From Syntrophaceae bacterium (lineage in GTDB: Bacteria; Desulfobacterota; Desulfomonilia; UBA1062), in the NCBI GenBank assembly GCA_039680665.1, contig JBDKSM010000138.1, forward strand, positions 18,135 to 82,134: a DNA stretch of 64,000 nucleotides, in the 5' to 3' direction. The notes under the pieces are model-generated. The model ran no database searches and was not told where the DNA came from. It saw nothing but the letters and a program-made list of their open reading frames with translations. Position numbers and translations under genes: made by a program. Shown piece after piece: positions 59,982 through 64,000 of this stretch; the first letter of the stretch is position 1; the number at the start of each line of letters is the position of its first letter.

Positions 59982-61892
59982 TCAGGATTCCAGCCCTTTC
60001 AGTTTGTCGATCGCCTGTGATACACTACGGGCGACATCCAGATTCGTATCGTCAATATAGATCTCCAGCTCATCGGCCAGGGCTTCATCGCCCCATTCCC
60101 CCAGGGTGTTGATCGCCGCGATGCGCAGGAAATCCTGAGAGCCGGCCAGGATCGACAGGAGGCGGGCCTTGGCTTCATCGTCATGGAATTGCCCCAGGGC
60201 CTCAATGGCATGGTAGGCTATCCACATGTCGTCGCTGCGTATGGCGTCATCCAGCACCGACCGTAACTTGGCAAGGCGCTGCTGGCCGATGATATCGAGG
60301 ATTACGAAGCGGATATCATGCGATTCATCATTGAGCAAGGCCTTCAGCTTTTCCAGGGACAGCGGCAACCCGGCGTCCTTGGCGGTCTGAACTGATCGCA
60401 GGCGTACCTCGACGGTGCTGTCGTCCAGCATCTTGAGCACGGACTCGGCCAGCATGGGGGCATTCAGCCGCGCCAGTCCCGAGATACCCATGATGCGCAT
60501 CTGGGGATCGGCATGGTGCAGGAGACTCAAGAACGCCCCCTGGGCCTTAGCCGATCCGATCTTGGCGATCGCGTACAGGGAAGCGTCGCGGAGATCGGCG
60601 TACGGATGCGCTAGAAAGATCTTCAGATCGTCGATATCATCCGGATTGCCCATGGTCCCCACGGCCCGGATGGCATAACACGCCACGTGTCCGTCCTTGT
60701 CGTGGATCAAGGCCTTGAACGTCTCGCGGCTCTCAGGCGAGGCGATCGAGCATAACGCCTCCACATACGCCCGCTTGACATAGCCTTGGGCGTCATGGAT
60801 GCGCACATTGATCGCATGGGTCTCTTCATCGCCCCCGATGCGGCCCAAAATCCGTGCGCCCAGTATCTTGAGCTTTTCATCCTCGGCATCGAGCAGGTTT
60901 AGCAAGGCCTGCTTGTCGCCAATGGAACTCAAGGTGTTCTGAATGTCATCCCAAAGGTCCGGTCGGCTGTCAGGGTCGGTCTCCTCGGCCAGCTCGATGA
61001 TCTTCTGGATGCTGGCGCGATCCCCGATGGTAGACAAGGCCGTGAGCATATACTTAAGCACATCATCGTCGGCATCGCGCAAACGTTCGTCGATGATCCC
61101 TTTCAGACAGGCTATAGCGGTGTTTGAAAGGGAGGTTATGGAAGGGATCACCTTAAGAATGGTGCTTACGATTGCCAGGCGGATATAGGGGGTCGCTTCC
61201 GGGATCATATCCATGAGCGGATGGATCACTTTATCAGAAGGGATGGTGGCCAGGGTCTCGAGGATGGCCGACAGGGTGATCTCGTCATTGGACCAACGCT
61301 TAAGCTCGGACAGCAGAAAATCGACGACCTCGGGATGGGCGATTTTTGCCAGGGCCTCGATCACGGAGAATCTGATCCACTCCTCGTCATTGATCAAGGC
61401 CTTCAGATGCTCAAAGGCTTTTGCGTTGCCGATTATCCCCAATGATATCACGGTCTGGTTGCGAACATTGGCGTTTTCATCAAACAGGCATTCGATCAGG
61501 GTTTCCAAGCTCTCGTGATTGCCGATAGATCCCAGCACATCCACGATAAAGAGCCGTAGACGGTCGTCGGGACTGTGGGCCAGCGCATGCAGGATGTCCA
61601 GGCCGTCTTCGCCGATGCGGCGCAGGATCTCGATGGCGGTATTGCGGATACCGGCATCCGCGCTCCCGACCAAGGGCGCGATGCGCTTGACCGCCGCATG
61701 GCCGCCAAGAATGATGATGGTGTCCTGGGCCACCTCGCGCACGGCCTCGTTCCGGTCTTGGACCAGTTTTTCGAGCCGATCAAGGGCTTCTTCCCCGCCG
61801 ATATCGGCCAACAGCGAGGCCGCTTGCCTTCTTTCGGCCGGATCAGCCGAAGCCGCCAATTTGTCGATCGCGGATAGCTCCATACACGTCAT
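59982..61892 (-). CDS. HEAT/PBS-lyase repeat protein
   Basis: Many (xxVRxxAxxALGxIGdxxA) HEAT-like repeats over 636 aa. Confidence 0.7.
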   Translation of the reverse strand: MTCMELSAIDKLAASADPAERRQAASLLADIGGEEALDRLEKLVQDRNEAVREVAQDTIIILGGHAAVKRIAPLVGSADAGIRNTAIEILRRIGEDGLDILHALAHSPDDRLRLFIVDVLGSIGNHESLETLIECLFDENANVRNQTVISLGIIGNAKAFEHLKALINDEEWIRFSVIEALAKIAHPEVVDFLLSELKRWSNDEITLSAILETLATIPSDKVIHPLMDMIPEATPYIRLAIVSTILKVIPSITSLSNTAIACLKGIIDERLRDADDDVLKYMLTALSTIGDRASIQKIIELAEETDPDSRPDLWDDIQNTLSSIGDKQALLNLLDAEDEKLKILGARILGRIGGDEETHAINVRIHDAQGYVKRAYVEALCSIASPESRETFKALIHDKDGHVACYAIRAVGTMGNPDDIDDLKIFLAHPYADLRDASLYAIAKIGSAKAQGAFLSLLHHADPQMRIMGISGLARLNAPMLAESVLKMLDDSTVEVRLRSVQTAKDAGLPLSLEKLKALLNDESHDIRFVILDIIGQQRLAKLRSVLDDAIRSDDMWIAYHAIEALGQFHDDEAKARLLSILAGSQDFLRIAAINTLGEWGDEALADELEIYIDDTNLDVARSVSQAIDKLKGLES

Positions 61893-61910
61893 CCTCTAAA
61901 AACCATGATC

Positions 61911-62582
61911 TTATTTAAGATCGTAACGCGTGAAGGTCACATCGGAAACATCATAGGCCCGCAAACTTTCCTTTAACATCTCGGTGATCTCGAACTGGGT
62001 ATAGACCTCGACATTCTTGTTCAAAGTCTCGTTGATCAGGGCGCGGATCTCATACTGCCGGTCCCTGACGTTGGCGGCTGTTTTCGGATTCACGGACAGG
62101 ACCACCTCGGCCATTAACAGACCGGCTTTGCCCTGTTTCTGGGGCGTATACAGGACCATGAAAGGATCCAGGGTGATCTCGCCCGCGTTCAGGACGTTCA
62201 AGGGTTTGGGTGCCAGACTTTGGGTGGATGGAGTCACGGCGGCAGATTTCTGCGAGTTCTTGTGCCAGAGATACCCCCCCACGCCCATGACCAGCAGTAC
62301 GACGACGGATAACGCCGCGGCGGCGATGATGATCGTGGTGCGCCGGGAGGAGGCAGGCTTTTGTGCGGCCGTCTCTTCCGGGGTTTCAGCCGCATCGGTT
62401 GACTCGGAGGATTCCTGATTGGCTAAAGGGATGCCGTCCTTGTCGAGATCGACCTTGCCCTGTTTGGCCAGGGCGATGCCGTCCTTATCAAGTTCAACCT
62501 TGCCCGGCGTTCCAGCGGATTGGTTATCGGGCAGTTTGATGCCGTCTTTGTCGAGCTCGGCCTTCTTACCGGGTTTGGCCAC
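61911..62582 (-). CDS. FliL-like flagellar basal-body-associated protein with N-terminal tandem repeats
   Basis: Single TM helix plus FliL-type periplasmic domain (…GEITLDPFMV…). N-terminus has three ELDKDGI(K/A/P)L repeat units. Confidence 0.65.
   Translation of the reverse strand: MAKPGKKAELDKDGIKLPDNQSAGTPGKVELDKDGIALAKQGKVDLDKDGIPLANQESSESTDAAETPEETAAQKPASSRRTTIIIAAAALSVVVLLVMGVGGYLWHKNSQKSAAVTPSTQSLAPKPLNVLNAGEITLDPFMVLYTPQKQGKAGLLMAEVVLSVNPKTAANVRDRQYEIRALINETLNKNVEVYTQFEITEMLKESLRAYDVSDVTFTRYDLK
62423..62565 (-). repeat. three imperfect tandem DNA repeats (63- and 45-nt periods) encoding the ELDKDGI units
   Basis: GATGCCGTCCTTGTCGAGATCGACCTTGCC-like units starting at 62430, 62475 and 62538. 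Confidence 0.7.
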
Positions 62583-62594
62583 GAACGACCTCGA

Positions 62595-62978
62595 TTATTT
62601 ATTGAAAATTTGTTCGATCTTTTTACCCAAGGTTTCGGCCGTGAAAGGCTTGACAATATAGTTGTTGACCCCAGATTTCACGGCCTCGATAATATTCTCC
62701 TGCTGAGCCTCGGCCGTAACCATCAGGAAGGGTATGTCGCGCAAAGCGTCGTCGGCCCGGACTATCTTCAGGAGTTCGAGCCCGGTCATCTTGGGCATGT
62801 TCCAATCGGAAATGACCATGTCGATCTTTTCCTTCTGCAGGATGTCCAGTCCGGTCGAGCCGTCATCTGCTTCCAGAATATTATTGAACCCCAGCTGGCG
62901 TAAGATATTCTTAACGATCCTGCGCATGGTCGAAAAATCGTCCACGACAAGTATTTTCATGTTCTTGTCAAGTGTCAT
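62595..62978 (-). CDS. cheY: CheY-like single-domain response regulator
   Basis: Receiver motifs (ILVVDDF...D...K). 127 aa. GGGAGGATTGA RBS. Confidence 0.85.
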   Translation of the reverse strand: MTLDKNMKILVVDDFSTMRRIVKNILRQLGFNNILEADDGSTGLDILQKEKIDMVISDWNMPKMTGLELLKIVRADDALRDIPFLMVTAEAQQENIIEAVKSGVNNYIVKPFTAETLGKKIEQIFNK

Positions 62979-63005
62979 TCAATCCTCCCGGCGTTCTTTT
63001 TATTC

Positions 63006-63033
63006 TCATCGAAATTCGGGGGAAAAATCTTTA
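63006..63033 (-). promoter_or_regulatory. sigma-28 (FliA)-type promoter candidate upstream of cheY
   Basis: Minus-strand TAAAGATT-N11-TTCGATGA resembles TAAAGTTT-N11-GCCGATAA. About 20-nt leader to the RBS. Confidence 0.5.
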
Positions 63034-63131
63034 GGGATGAGGGCTGTAGGGCTTAAGGGATTGAAAGGGAAACACTCGCCCCAAGCCTTCCCCGGATCAG
63101 AGCCTTCATGGCTGATCCTCGCCCCCTGGTT

Positions 63132-63902
63132 TTAATCCCGGATCTCCTTGAGGATTTTCTGCATTTTGGAGCGAAGGCGCAGGACGGACTTGGTATGGAT
63201 CTGCGATACGCGCGATTCGGTGAACTTCAGCACGTGTCCGATCTCTTTCATGGTCAGCTCATCGTAGTAGTACAGTGAAATCACCATGCGTTCCTTCTCG
63301 GGCAGGGACTGGATGGCCTTGGCCACCATATCGCGGATCTCTCCAAGGCCGATCTTATGGGTGGGCCAATCCTTCTCATCCTGCATGATGTATTCGAGGA
63401 GGTTGCGCTTTGAGGCATCCTGGTTGTCCTCGCCGAGGTCATCAAGGCTTAAGAGCGATACCGAGGCCGTTTCGGACAGGAGCCGATAGAAGCTGTCCAT
63501 ATCGATTTCGAGCTCAAGGGCCACCTCTTCGTCGCTGGCCGGGCGTCCCAGGAGGGTTTCCAGCCTGCCATAAGCCTCCTCGATCTTGCGCGCCTTCTGA
63601 CGGATGGAGCGCGGAACCCAGTCCATGGACCTGAGTTCGTCAAGCATGGCGCCCCGGATGCGGAACTCGGCATAGGTTTTGAACTTGATGTTTTTGGAGG
63701 CGTCGAATTTTTCCATGGCGTCGATCAGGCCGATCACCCCGGCGTTGATCAGATCATGGATGTCGATATGCGGCGGCAACCGCATGGCGATGCGGCTGGC
63801 GATATATTTGATCAGCGGGGCGAATTCATTGATGACCTTGGCCCTGATTTTCGGGTTGGTCTTCTCTTCTTCAGTAAGATCCGGAAACGCTATGTCCTGC
63901 AT
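63132..63902 (-). CDS. fliA: flagellar sigma factor sigma-28
   Basis: Sigma-70 regions 2, 3 and 4 (…YYYDELTMKEIGHVLKFTESRVSQIH…). 256 aa. Confidence 0.9.
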   Translation of the reverse strand: MQDIAFPDLTEEEKTNPKIRAKVINEFAPLIKYIASRIAMRLPPHIDIHDLINAGVIGLIDAMEKFDASKNIKFKTYAEFRIRGAMLDELRSMDWVPRSIRQKARKIEEAYGRLETLLGRPASDEEVALELEIDMDSFYRLLSETASVSLLSLDDLGEDNQDASKRNLLEYIMQDEKDWPTHKIGLGEIRDMVAKAIQSLPEKERMVISLYYYDELTMKEIGHVLKFTESRVSQIHTKSVLRLRSKMQKILKEIRD

Positions 63903-64000
63903 GGTTCATCACCTTGCCCTGGTTAAGAAGGAGCCGTTTAAAAAAGAACTGTATATTCCCGCTGCTGTATGCGGGGGCGGCTTGTTCCAATCGCTTCACA

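Noticed and set aside
1-64000. CRISPR arrays, insertion sequences, integrases, rRNA
   Set aside because: No short regularly spaced direct repeats, no transposase- or integrase-like ORFs and no rRNA-like segments were seen. The only RNA gene recognised is tRNA-Gly at 50889-50964.

Overview
The window is 64 kb of high-GC bacterial chromosome. The gene content (sigma-54 activator plus PAS histidine kinase, Ech-type energy-converting [NiFe] hydrogenase, tungsten-type aldehyde:ferredoxin oxidoreductase, glycyl-radical enzyme, Fe-only alcohol dehydrogenase) suggests an anaerobic deltaproteobacterium or Desulfobacterota-like organism. That taxon is an inference. Gene order left to right is as follows.

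- 1-3.8 kb: an isoprenoid/lipid-type FAD oxidoreductase pair with a START-like lipid-binding protein and a TetR regulator.
- 3.9-9.6 kb: a sigma-54 two-component system divergent from a GMC oxidoreductase and a secreted TPR-like protein. Near-identical sigma-54 promoters sit in front of that operon and of the ech operon.
- 10-19.6 kb: echABCDEF, hypA, aldehyde:ferredoxin oxidoreductase, a poly-ferredoxin and a convergent Fe-ADH.
- 19.6-21.2 kb: an AT-rich structured region with a degraded EamA transporter pseudogene.
- 21.2-23.4 kb: a lipid-modification operon (methyltransferase, PlsC acyltransferase, membrane protein).
- 23.5-30.2 kb: a PFL2-type glycyl-radical enzyme with no activase in the window, a Cys4 mini-protein, an 899-aa multi-FeS GltD-like flavoprotein and a Trp-rich membrane protein.
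- 30.2-36.3 kb: a GntR regulator with a perfect palindromic operator, a DUF975 gene with an apparent frameshift, a low-GC island (secreted ankyrin-repeat protein plus orphan HigA-like antitoxin), a cupin-XRE regulator and an acyl-CoA dehydrogenase.
- 36.4-40 kb and 56.3-57.8 kb: two paralogous secreted alpha/beta-hydrolases sharing an unusual low-complexity linker plus a conserved G-x-CFI C-terminal tail.
- 40-51 kb: the classic tRNA-Gly/rimP/nusA/ylxR/infB/rbfA/nrnA/truB/rpsO/pnp/M16-peptidase block.
- 51-56 kb: rlmN, a TPR lipoprotein, a PilZ protein and mnmG.
- 57.8-64 kb: a chemotaxis/flagellar regulatory cluster (cheY, cheR, HDOD, HEAT-repeat, FliL-like with tandem repeats, cheY behind a sigma-28-like promoter, fliA).

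No CRISPR array, rRNA, transposase or integrase was seen. All coordinates and motifs were read by eye and need software confirmation.
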